Shown: positions 53,501 to 64,000 of the stretch, in pieces
Position numbering within the stretch: the stretch's first letter is position 1
How the letters are laid out: every line of letters begins with the position of its first letter
DNA from: Nymphaea colorata
Lineage: Eukaryota
Direction: 5' to 3'
Length of the DNA stretch: 64,000 nucleotides
Assembly: GCF_008831285.2 (NCBI RefSeq)
Contig: NC_045138.2
Span: 5,146,001 to 5,210,000, forward strand
The notes under the pieces: generated by a model
What the model was told of the DNA's origin: nothing
The model's input: only the letters and a program-made list of their open reading frames with translations
The model's database searches: none
Position numbers and translations under genes: made by a program

Positions 53501-54293
53501 AAATTTGGAAAAATAGTCTATGAGGGAAAATTTCCTGGTTAACTAGCCAAAGAATGTTAAGTTACCAGGATGTGTAAATTGAGTGGATTATGTTTTGCAA
53601 ACTGTGAGCAGGATTTGATGTAGTACCTGGATGAGCGTGGCGTGATTGCATTCTAATGTTTAGTTGCTCGGGAGGTTTGCACTTATGCATTGATGCCTAA
53701 CCTTGTTACTGTGGTCACTATAGATTCAAGGCATACAATCACAAATGGTTATCTCTGTGACATATTTAGGCTTTTGTCATTTATTTAGCGACCATGAGAC
53801 AGGGTTCTATTGTGATGGTGGAGAGATTGGTGCAGGGTTGACCTATTGACCTTAAAGGGGCACTATCAACTGAAACTGAAGATTCATGTGTCCAGTGAGG
53901 TCAATGACATTCATGATAGTATTTCATGCATAATGAGAACCACTAGAAGTAGTTTTTTTTTTCTTTAGCACTTGTCAGGCTTAATTTATTTGCTTCTTTG
54001 GATTGTTTCTTTCCAAAATAATGTATGCACTTCATAATGCCAGCTTCCTTTAGAGTAATCTTTGCTTCATGCAGTATCCTTGCTGTTCTTTATGATGGTC
54101 GTGCAGTTGAAAGAAAAGTACTGAGGGAAGAATATTCTGGTGAAGGAAAATTCAATGTCATGATAACACATTATGATCTCATAATGCGAGACAAATCTTT
54201 TCTGAAGAAAATCCACTGGTACTACATGATTGTTGATGAAGGCCACCGGTTGAAGAACCATGACTGTGCACTTTCACGCACATTGGTGACAGG
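44510..54293 (+). CDS. CHR12: SWI2/SNF2 chromatin-remodelling ATPase CHR12/CHR23 (MINU1/2-like), 5' part. Exons 44510-44665, 46200-46356, 47197-47261, 48849-49043, 49137-49286, 49415-49807, 50342-50601, 54075-54293; gene continues beyond the window
   Basis: [13 protein letters not shown]-terminus; [23 protein letters not shown] and DWGMMRL; HSA-like [23 protein letters not shown]; helicase motifs [37 protein letters not shown] and [15 protein letters not shown]. All junctions are GT-AG and in frame. Confidence 0.92.
52136..52436. mobile_element. MITE-like insertion in a CHR12 intron (GGTAC/GGTAT-rich ends); another MITE-like insertion at ~54711-55044
   Basis: GGTACGGTATGGGTATGGATAC subterminal repeats, AT-rich core and TACCCACGTATCGACAC end; boundaries approximate. 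Confidence 0.5.
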
Positions 54294-54948
54294 GTAAACA
54301 TTTGTTTAATGTTGATTTCTTTCGGTTTTAATTGTTTGTTTGATGCTCACTATAATGAATGTCTGCACCTAGATGTCACTATAATGGATGTCTTTACCTA
54401 GATGTGCTTACAGCTTATCTCTTTTCTTATATCCTTTGGCTAAAAATGTTCGCGTGAGAATATACCAATGCCAATAAATTCATCACCTGTTCTCTTAATA
54501 GCTGGCACTTTGGTTGGGCTCCCTGAGTTGCATGCATGTTTTAACTTCTTCGTGATGAGAAGAACCTAGAATTATCTATTTGTGTTTGAAAGTTTGATAT
54601 GTTTGTTTGTCTTGTTTGTGCTTGATAAATAACAAGTTCCATGCCAACTTGGTTTGTAGACAATACTTTCTTATGATTTTATGTTTATTCTTACGATGAA
54701 GGCTCTTGTTCAAGGTTCTAAAACCCATGACTTGGGACTCAGCTCAAAGTGGATTAATTAGCGACTCCCTTGGTCAATTTGGTAATTGATCCTGTTTTTG
54801 CAACTTCAAAAGTATTTTTCTCATATGTACATGATATTGTTTCCAATTCATTATAACATTGTTATATTATATATAATATGTATAATAATGTATGTAATAT
54901 CAAAAGCAAATTTTAGTTACAGCATTAGTGCAATTATGTTACTAGATG

Positions 54949-54992
<44 letters not shown>

Positions 54993-55227
54993 CTCAATTT
55001 AACCATGCTGTGACTGTGAGTCACTTTGAGTTTTTAAAGCACTCTACTTATTTGTTTCAATAGTAAATTGCTTGGGCTGATTATGAGATATCATGAGTTG
55101 GAATCCTGGGTTGGCAACTTCTTAGATCTTTCTTTGTAACACGTAGATTATATTTGTTAACTTTTAAGTAATTTTGATCTTTGATTCTGCATAGAATGGG
55201 ATAGCCGACAGAATTTGCCTCAGTATT

Positions 55228-57756
55228 TGTCACGAGGGTGATGGATCTCATAAAAGTTTGATATATCCATTGCAATGGTTTTGGGAAAAAGAAAGTCATC
55301 CCTATATTAACCCTAATCTCTCTTAAATAGAGATTAGAGGAATAGTAAAGACATTACATCCAGGTCCACAGAGGAGATAAAAATATTAATCAGTACCCTT
55401 AAAAACTTTCTAAAATTCTAATAACTATTCAACTAATGTAATTATTTCTCGCAAGACTCTCCCTAAACCTGGAACATATATGTTTATCATATTCAACTTA
55501 TTACAATATTTCGAGAACCCAGACGTAGATAAGGGTTTAGTAAAAACATTTGCAATTTGCCCTTCAGTGGAAACATGAATTGTAGAAATATTGCTTACTT
55601 GAACCATATCCAGAATAATGATTGTCTACTTCAACATGCTTGATTCTGTCATGAAATACTGAATTGATGGCTGTATAGGATAATAGGTTGATGCCTTATT
55701 ATCACACATCATCTTCATCAGAAGTGAAACCTTTACTCCTAGACAGGATAGCATAGTTTTAACCTATGCCATTTGCTTTAGTTGTCTGAACGATTGCCGT
55801 ATACTCAGATTTTGCACTAGATCTTGCAACAATCGCCTGTTTCTTGCTCCTCCAAGTGATCAATTATCTCCTAGATACAATCCCAGTTGCAGATTTCATG
55901 TCTTCAACTGATCCTACATAATCTACATTAGTGTAGGGCTGTAGGCTATGATGTCCAGAGAATTATTTTTTGTAAATGGAAGTCTTTTTCTTGGAGACAA
56001 CTTGAGGTAGTTTAGAACCATCATAGTTGTTCTCCAATGAATTTTTCTTGGTTTCTCTATAACTAACTCAATTTTCCCATAACTAGAGAGATGTTAGGTC
56101 GAGCAACTGTAACATATATGAGTTTGCCAATGAGAGACCTATATGACTTACCATCTATCAATTCTGAATCGTCCTCATACAAGTGGATATGTTGATTCAT
56201 GAGAATATTTGCAGGTTTAGTTCTAAGCATCCCAATTTTTTTGGGCAAGTCAAAGAGATATTATCGCTGTGAGAGAATCAAATCTTTATTGCTCCTCGCT
56301 AGTGCTATCCCCAAGAAGTATCCGAGTTGGCCAAGATCCTTAGTGACAAAATGTTTTTGCAGATACATCTTAGCTTAAGCAATCTCTTCCTTAGAGTCGC
56401 TTGCAAGTATAATATGTTTAACATATACTACCATCACAACCATACCCTTCAGACTCTTATTGATAAACAATGAATAGTCACATGGAGACCGCTGAATGCG
56501 AACCCTAGACATCACTTCATGAACTTTTGAAACCATCACCTTGGGCTTTGCTTAAGCCCATATATTTTTTTCTTCAACTTGCACACTTCCCATATGCCTC
56601 TTGTCACTCACAATGAGGTGGTTGTTGCGAGTAGAGACAGTCTTTGATAGATCACCATAGAGAAAAACAATTTTCATATCAAACTAAGATAAACTCCACT
56701 CATAATGCACAATTATAGCAACAAACAATCATATACTCTCTAGTCTGGCAACTGGGATGAAAGTCTTAACGAAGTTCATGCTGTAGGTTTGAGTATATCC
56801 TTTTGCTACCAGATGAATTTTATGTCTCTTTATGAGTGATATTTGATAGAGTAGGCCCACTTATAGCAAACTATGCTTGCATAAAAAGGAGGAAAAAACA
56901 AGTCCCATGTGCCTCGAGAAATTAAAACATCCATCTCTTATTTCATTGTCTACATCCATTTAGGATGGAGAAGGGCTTGTTGGTGATAGGTAGCAATGGA
57001 TGTGGCTGAAATAAAAGTCTGCATATTTTTGCCAACTCTATTTTTGTTGACAAATTTTGAGATGGGATGCGTAGTGCATTGTCAGATTGCTTTATGCAAA
57101 ACAATCAACAAATCATCATGTACAAGTGGAGTACCTATAAAACAATCATACTCAACTATAGTATCCTCGAGTCCGAAATACATACCTTCGGAGGAGATGA
57201 CGTTGGGGACCATGAGCAGACGTGTGCTGCCTAGATTGGACTTATGGAGGATCCTAGAAACGAGAAAGAGAATGAGAGGAACACGACAAGGGAGGACATG
57301 ACTCCAAAGGAATAGGAGGAATGGACAATGGAAAGTTGTCAGAGGTTTCAAAGTGGATATGGTGACCAGAACTGGAGAAGTATGAAACTGACTTAAAGAA
57401 GGTGACATCCTGACATAGTTTTTATAGGCAATAGGATCATAACATTGATATCCTTTTCTATTCTTGGGATATCCAATAAATATACATTTTGTAGCTTGTG
57501 GGGACAATTTATCTTGATTGGGTCCAAGTTTGTGCTCAAAGCAAACACAACAAAAAGGTTGAGGTGCAATATGAAACAACTGGCCTTCAAAACAAATAAT
57601 CTAGATAGAAATCTTATTTCATATGGCTAAAGATGACATTCTGTTAATAAGGTAGCAAGCAATGAGTATAGCATCTCCTAAAAAATGTATCTAACATATT
57701 AGAATGTATCATAATCTTGCGAGCCACATCTAGGAGATGCTTATGTTTATGGTCAG
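55228..57756 (-). mobile_element. Copia element A (oldest, degenerate): 3' LTR ~55228-55456, RNase H, RT and integrase C-terminus, interrupted at 57756
   Basis: DHKHKHLLDVAR, DKLSPQATKCIFIGY, YRSLIGKLIYVTVARPNIS and QIANVFTKPL motifs; PPT TTTAGGGAGAG; many stops; left LTR boundary uncertain. Confidence 0.85.
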
Positions 57757-60326
57757 TGTAGAAACACGAACCACAAAGAGAGAGAGTGGAGAACGAACAC
57801 ACAATCTACGTGGAAAACCTCAGAAAGAGGTGAAAAACCACGGGGAGGCTCTGACCTAGGGGCACACCGCAACCCTAGGAGAGAGAAAATTATATTTCAC
57901 TTAATTCAACACTAAACACAAGTGACAATATAAAGAGGGAGAGAGGAGAAGCCGCCTAGGGTACCGAGCCCGCCTCGGTACCCGCGCCCCATAGAACCGG
58001 GTCCAGGAATGGATCCGGTTCCCACAGCAACATATTCTAACACTCCCCCTCAAGCTTGGCATACATGTCAAACATGCCAAGCTTGCTAACATTCTTTTCG
58101 AATGAAGAAGTACAAAGCCCTTTAGTTAGGACGTCTGCAACTTGATCTTCAGACTTCATATATGGCAGAATCAGCTCCTTTGAGTCAATGCGTTCCCGGA
58201 TAAAATGACGGTCAATCTCCACATGTTTGGTCCTGTCATGTAGAACTGGATTATTGGCAAGATTAATCGCAGACTTGTTGTCACAGTACATCTTCATTTT
58301 ATCTCCCAGTTCCACGCCAATATCAGTCAAAAGAATCTTCAGCCACACCATCTCTGTAACCCCCATTGCAACAGCCCTGTACTCAGCCTCAGCACTAGTC
58401 CTCGAACATACTTCTTGCCTCTTACTTCTCCAAACAACTAGGTTACCTCCAAGAAAGATACAATACCCTGTAGTAGACCTCCTTGTGTCAGTGCAACCTG
58501 CCCAATCTGCATCTGAGTAGCCCTCAATAGTAAGTTTGTCTTGTCGAGTATACAGCAGTCCTTTTCCTGGGTCATTCTTTAGATATCCCAACACTCTTTC
58601 TGCACTCTTCCAGTGACAATCCGTGGGAGCATGCATAAATTGACTTAGCACATTTACCGCATACGTGATATCAGGGCGAGTTAGAGTAAGATAGATAAGC
58701 TTACCTACTAGCCTCTGATATCGCCCTTTTCCTTCCTCATCCAGAATAGTGCCCGTCTTGATACTTATCTTAGTTCCCGACTCTATAGGAGTAAGATAGG
58801 GCCTACAACCAAGTTTGCCTGTCTCCTTTAGTAAGTCAAGAGTGTACTTCCTTTGATTCATAACCAGCCCTGTCTCTGATCGAGCAATCTCTATCCCCAG
58901 AAAGTATCTCAGCTTACCCAGATCCTTGAGGTCGAATTCCTTAGCTAATCTCTCCTTCATCTTTCTGTTTTCTTCTTCGTCACTGCCAGTGACAATCATA
59001 TCATCAACGTAGACAAGGAGAAGACTCACCAGACCACCTCTCTGCTTTATGAATAGGGTATGATCTCCATTTCCTTGCTTGTACCCAGTAGACTTCATAA
59101 CGATCCTTAGTCTCTCAAACCAAGCTCTAGGCGACTGCTTCAAGCCATACAAAGCTTTCTTGAGGTGACAACATTTTCCCTCTTGAACATACCCGGGAGG
59201 CATGCTCATATAGACTTCTTCCTCCAGATGGCCGTTCAAGAACGCATTTTTAACATCAAGCTGGTCCATGCGCCACTTCCTGTGCACAGCAAGAGCAAGA
59301 ATAACCCTCACGGTCTTCAACTTTGCAACAGGGGCAAAGGTCTCAAGATAGTCGATCCCATACTTCTGGCTGAACCCCTTTGCAACCAAACGAGCTTTAT
59401 ATCGATCTACAGTGCCATCAGGTTTGTACTTCACGTTGTAAACCCACTTAGAGCCAACTAAGTGTGTCCCTTTAGGAATATCAACAACTTCCCATGTTTT
59501 GTTCTTAGCTAACGCACCCATCTCCTCTGTCATAGCATGTAACCACTTGGGATCATCCTTAGCATCATCCACCGACCTGGGAATAACAACTTTGGATAAG
59601 GTTGTGATAAAACATTTGTAATTTGTACTGAGCTTAGCATAAGAAACAAATCTCTGAATAGGGTGAGAAGTACATGACCTGGTGCCTTTGCGCACAGCAA
59701 TGGGGAGCTCTTCATTCGATGGACTTGGGTCATCCGGGGAGATCACAGGATTGGGATTGGTTCTATCCTCATCACCAACATCTTCCACTGTAGCTTTCTC
59801 CTTTCTGACATAAACCTGGCCAAACAAGTGATCCCGGGCAACAATGGGCTGAGCATCCACCGTGACCCCTTCCATATGGCTGCCCTTCTCATTACTGACC
59901 GTGACCGTGTCAATCACACTGGGACTAACCTTGTAATCCAAAAACTCCATAAACTGAATTAGCTGATTAGAGGAATACTCTTCCCCTTTGTTCCCAAGAC
60001 ACTCCCCCTGAAGAGGATTCACCGAAAAATACGACTCATGTTCATGAAATGTGACATCCCTCGAAACATACACTTTGGAAGTAGTGGGATCCACACATTT
60101 ATACCCCTTCTGAGTGGAAGAGTACCCCAAGAAAACTCCTTTAATAGACCGGGGATCAAGTTTTTTGAGAGTAGGGCTATGATTATGCACAAAACAACTG
60201 CACCCAAAGACACGAGGAGTAAGAGGCCACGGATTCTGAGTGGGCCACAGGGTAGAATAAGGAGACTGACCATCCAACACCCTAGTAGGCATACGGTTAA
60301 TGAGATGTGCACTAGTGAGAAGTGCA
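57757..60326 (-). mobile_element. Copia element B inserted in A: 3' LTR 57757-58042, PPT 58043-58050, pol interrupted at 60326
   Basis: TG..CA LTR abutting A's integrase; PPT AGGGGGAG on the minus strand; uninterrupted integrase C-terminus, RT and RNase H. Confidence 0.92.
58037..60326 (-). CDS. Pol C-terminal part (integrase C-terminus, RT, RNase H) of Copia element B
   Basis: LINRMPTRVL, KLDPRSIKGVFLGYS, QLDVKNAFLNG, LYGLKQSPRAW, YVDDMIVTG, YSDADWAG, HDRTKHVEIDRHFIRE; no internal stops. Confidence 0.92.
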
Positions 60327-60417
60327 TGCAACAAACCCTTTTGTTTTGAGAAGAGTTGCTCTTTGTGATAGAAATGTAGCACCAATATCTGTAACCCGAA
60401 AACAGCACTCACGCAGG

Positions 60418-60459
<42 letters not shown>

Positions 60460-63400
60460 ACAAGAAGAAACTGAGGAGAAGAAGCCGTAGCCAAAATGGT
60501 TTGCACGGCCTCTATTTATAATCTCATTTTCAGAATTCTAAGAGTCTCCAATCGTAGAATCCTAGGAGATTTCACAAGCTCCAAGGACATTAATTACATC
60601 ATAGAAACCTAAGAGACTTCACATATTACAAGGATATTAACTACAACATAGAATCCTAGGAGACTTCCCATATAACAAGGATATTAACTATAACATAGAA
60701 TCCTAGGAGACTCTTCACATGTTACAAGGACATTAAATATTTTAACACATTCTACAAGGAGGTGGAATCCTAAGAGACTCCTCTTCAACGTGCTGGTGAA
60801 GGATTTATATTTTAACACCCTCCCTCAAGTTGTGCATGGTTTTGCACCATGTACAACTTGCCTTTTAGAAACCAGAATCGTTCCTTTGTTAATCCTTTTG
60901 TAAATAAGTCTGCAACTTGTTCATCTGTACGAACATAAATAGGCTGAATTTCCTTGTCTTCCACCTTTTGTCTAACAAAGTGTTGATCAATCTCAATGTG
61001 CTTTGTTCGACCATGTTGTACGGGATTAAAGGCAATGTTAATAGCGCTTTGATTATCGCACATTAACATTGATGTTTTAATCTTTTCTCCAATGTCTTCT
61101 AGCAAATGTCTAACCCATGTAACTTCAGCAGTACCTGCAGCCATGCATCTGTATTCAGCTTCAGTGCTGGATCTTGCGACTGCCTTTTGCTTTCGACAAC
61201 TCCAAGACACAAGATTACGTCCAATGAAAATACAAAAACCAGAAATGGACTTTATTTGATCGGGATCTCCAGCCCAATCTGCATCTGTGAATGTCATAAG
61301 TTGATGTCCAGTAGTTATATTTTCACTCTTACCATAAACTAAGCCATCTCCTGCTGTCCCTTTAAGATATCTTAATATTCTTTTGACAGCATCCATGTGA
61401 GTATCTCTAGGTGCATGCATAAATTGGGATACTTGATTCACAGCATATATAATATCTGGTCTAGTAAATGTAAGATATTGAAGTGCCCCAACAATACTTC
61501 GATATTGCGTAGGATCTTCATATAACTCCCCATCTTGAGCACTTAGTCTTTGATTTAGAACACTAGGAGTTCCAACAGGCTTACAATCAGACATACCTGA
61601 CTTTTTCAACAAATCCAACGTGTATTTCTGTTGTGTCAATGTGAGGCGATTATTGTGCCTATCAATCTCCACTCCAAGAAAGAATCGTAAATCACCAAGC
61701 TCTTTCATTTTGAAGTTTTGCATCATCAAAACTTTAGCTTCTTCTATGTGTTTTTCTGAATTGCCTGTGATAACAATATCATCAACATATATAAGAAGTA
61801 AAGTAAATATGTTTTCCTTTCGATAAATGAAAAGAGAGTGATCTAGAGGACATCTCCGAAAACCACATTCTTGAATCTTGCAAGAGAAACTGTCAAACCA
61901 CGAACGTGAGGCCTGTTTAAGTCCATAAATAGATTTTCTTAGTTTGCAAACCCATGCATGAGAGTCTCCTTTCGTGTATCCTGGAGGTTGTTCCATATAT
62001 ACTTCCTCCCTTAAATCACCATGAAGAAAAGCATTCTTCACGTCCATTTGATGTAGTCTCCATCCATATTCAACTGCCAATGATATAATCACGCGAATTG
62101 TTCCCATTTTGATCACAGGGCTGAATGTCTCATCATAATCTTCTCCATATTGTTGTGTAAACCCTTTTGCTACTAACCTTGCTTTGTGTCTTTCTATGCT
62201 GCCGTCAGGTTTGTATTTAATTTTGTATACCCATTTGGAGCCCACTACGTTCTTTTCGTGTGGCCTCGGAACGATCTCCCATGTTCCACATTCATGCAAG
62301 GCATCCATTTCTTCTTTCATAGCCTTTCTCCAATGATGTGATTTTGATGCTTCATCAAATGAAGTAGGTTCTTCCTCCTTGCCAACTTTTGCCATGAATA
62401 ACTGAAAATCAAGTGATAAAGAATCATAGCTAACCCACCTGTGAATGGGATGACGAATGCGTTGGGATCTTCTAAGGTGGGGCATGTTGTCTTCTTCACT
62501 GTGAGCATCTCTGTCCCTTAGTCGTCGACTGTAGATAAGACCCGAATACCGATGTGCATCGTTGCTCTGTTCATTATTGTTTTCGTGATGACTTAATGAC
62601 TGTGTTGGATCTTCTTGATTTTCACTTTGAGCTATATCCGACGGTTGTATTGCTCTCTCTGAATCTTCACTTTGAGGCACATCATTTTCTATAACAGGAT
62701 CTGCATTGAATAACTGTGTACTGGTCCAGGGATCATAAGATTCAATGGTCATAGGCATTTCATTTGTATTATCAAAACTATGTTCATCAAAAATGACATT
62801 TCTTGAAGTTTTGATACGTTTAGTTGTTGGATCATAGCATCGAAAACCTTTATATTCATCAGCATATCCAACGAATCTACATTGAATAGCTTTGTCTTGA
62901 AACTTGTTCCTCAAGGCAGCATCAACGTGAACATAGCATACACAACCAAAAACCTTCAAGTTCTTGTAATCAGGTTGTTTGCCTAAGAGTGTAAAATATG
63001 GCGATTTAGACATCAAGAGTGTCATAGGCAAACAATTTATTATGTATACAGCAGTATGGAAGGCTTCAGTCCACAAGGAAATGGGCACATTAGTATCATG
63101 CATCATGCTCATGGCGCTTTCAACTATATGTCGATGTTTCCGCTCAACTACACCATTTTGTTGTGGTGTGTAAGGGCAGGAAATTTGTCTAGTTATCCCT
63201 TTTTCACGTAGAAATTCAATAAAATCAAGCGATGAATATTCTCCCCCTCCATCACATTGAAAATGCACCACATTGGATGAAAATTTAGTTTGAATCATGG
63301 CATAGAAGTTTCGAAATATGTGAGGTACTTCTGATTTGTGTTTCATGAAGTAAATCCAGGTGAAACGTGAATAAGAGTCAATGAATAAGATATAATATCT

Positions 63401-64000
63401 TGACCCAGACATGGAATCAATAGGGGCTGGCCCCCATACATCAGAAAAAATAGTTTCAAAAGGTTTGGAAGCCCTTTGATTTATATTATGGAAAGGTAAA
63501 ATATGACTCTTACAAAGTCCACAACTTGAACATTTTTTGACACTTGAAGTAAGAGGTAAACTTGATCTTGGAATGAGACTATCTGTGACAAGTTTTTCAA
63601 TGAAATGTCGACCACAGTGTCCTAGCTGACTATGCCACAAATCAGACTCCAAAAATTGGTTAGGGCCCCTTACTTTTGATTGAAAATGGCAAGAACTTGG
63701 CACTGATGACGCATTATGAGAAAGAGAAAATGTCTTCAATCCTATATCAAAAGTGGATGAATCCTTGGGTAGACATTCCTTGAGGACGTACATATTCCCT
63801 TGACGCTCCCCTCTAGCGAACATTTTCTTCGTTTGGAGGTCCTTGACATAGACAGAAGAAGGTGTGAATTCAACAGAAGAGCTTGTATCATCAATGAGTT
63901 TAGAAATGGATATGATGTTCTTTTTTATATTGGGAGCAAGAACAACATTAGACAGTGATAGAGACGAGGATGACAATGGAATATGTGCATTTCCAATATG
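60327..64000 (-). mobile_element. Copia element C (youngest) inserted in B: 3' LTR 60327-60817, PPT 60818-60827; 5' part beyond the window
   Basis: TG..CA LTR with TATAAATA (minus strand, 60513-60520), a (TC)n tract and ~47-bp U3 repeats; PPT TTGAGGGAGGG. Confidence 0.93.
60812..64000 (-). CDS. Pol polyprotein (protease end, integrase, RT, RNase H) of Copia element C, open to the window edge
   Basis: More than 1050 codons with no stop: WHSQLGH..C..C zinc-finger, SDVWGPAP, CDGGGEY, PQQNGVVERKHRH, QMDVKNAFLHG, YVDDIVITG, FTDADWAG, GRTKHIEIDQHFVR. Confidence 0.94.
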   Translation of the reverse strand, partial: HIGNAHIPLSSSSLSLSNVVLAPNIKKNIISISKLIDDTSSSVEFTPSSVYVKDLQTKKMFARGERQGNMYVLKECLPKDSSTFDIGLKTFSLSHNASSVPSSCHFQSKVRGPNQFLESDLWHSQLGHCGRHFIEKLVTDSLIPRSSLPLTSSVKKCSSCGLCKSHILPFHNINQRASKPFETIFSDVWGPAPIDSMSGSRYYILFIDSYSRFTWIYFMKHKSEVPHIFRNFYAMIQTKFSSNVVHFQCDGGGEYSSLDFIEFLREKGITRQISCPYTPQQNGVVERKHRHIVESAMSMMHDTNVPISLWTEAFHTAVYIINCLPMTLLMSKSPYFTLLGKQPDYKNLKVFGCVCYVHVDAALRNKFQDKAIQCRFVGYADEYKGFRCYDPTTKRIKTSRNVIFDEHSFDNTNEMPMTIESYDPWTSTQLFNADPVIENDVPQSEDSERAIQPSDIAQSENQEDPTQSLSHHENNNEQSNDAHRYSGLIYSRRLRDRDAHSEEDNMPHLRRSQRIRHPIHRWVSYDSLSLDFQLFMAKVGKEEEPTSFDEASKSHHWRKAMKEEMDALHECGTWEIVPRPHEKNVVGSKWVYKIKYKPDGSIERHKARLVAKGFTQQYGEDYDETFSPVIKMGTIRVIISLAVEYGWRLHQMDVKNAFLHGDLREEVYMEQPPGYTKGDSHAWVCKLRKSIYGLKQASRSWFDSFSCKIQECGFRRCPLDHSLFIYRKENIFTLLLIYVDDIVITGNSEKHIEEAKVLMMQNFKMKELGDLRFFLGVEIDRHNNRLTLTQQKYTLDLLKKSGMSDCKPVGTPSVLNQRLSAQDGELYEDPTQYRSIVGALQYLTFTRPDIIYAVNQVSQFMHAPRDTHMDAVKRILRYLKGTAGDGLVYGKSENITTGHQLMTFTDADWAGDPDQIKSISGFCIFIGRNLVSWSCRKQKAVARSSTEAEYRCMAAGTAEVTWVRHLLEDIGEKIKTSMLMCDNQSAINIAFNPVQHGRTKHIEIDQHFVRQKVEDKEIQPIYVRTDEQVADLFTKGLTKERFWFLKGKLYMVQNHAQLEGGC

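Noticed and set aside
19263..54405. Short perfect or near-perfect duplications (about 19263-19340, 23083-23134, 23601-23671, 40735-40780, 43538-43581, 54348-54405)
   Set aside because: Ordinary slippage or repair duplications with no shared motif or sign of function.
60327..60463. N-terminus MFSFSLSLSL of the 808-aa ORF as a real signal or transit peptide
   Set aside because: It starts at TTG and is LTR sequence with a TC microsatellite, fused to pol by insertion.
60555..60747. Regular ~47-bp repeats as a CRISPR-like array
   Set aside because: Eukaryotic LTR context, no unique spacers and no cas genes; these are plain tandem repeats.

Overview
Plant (angiosperm) nuclear DNA; the species cannot be determined from the sequence. 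Host genes: the 3' part of chloroplast SECA2 (+, 151-4307); a complete 7-exon BAT1-like amino-acid permease (-, 13094-16875); an intronless MADA-type CC-NB-ARC-LRR resistance gene with one frameshift (+, 31841-35760); and the first 8 exons of a CHR12/CHR23 (MINU) SWI2/SNF2 remodeller (+, from 44510, continuing past the window). Transposons are abundant: a full-length decayed Copia with both LTRs, PBS, PPT and TSD (4890-10482), several Copia remnants, many hAT- and Tourist-like MITEs, and three Copia elements nested in one another inside a CHR12 intron (55.2 kb to the window end). Not evident from the ORF track are a split, CpG-decayed histone H3.1 pseudogene (27315-28147), an inverted pair of an unclassified ~550-bp element built on TATCTCAT repeats, and two Copia remnants flanking the NLR that share the same RT deletion. 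I found no clearly new biological system. The best leads are the nested Copia insertions at near-homologous integrase positions, the frameshifted MADA NLR and the H3/inverted-repeat region. All alignments and protein assignments were made by eye from recalled motifs, not database searches.
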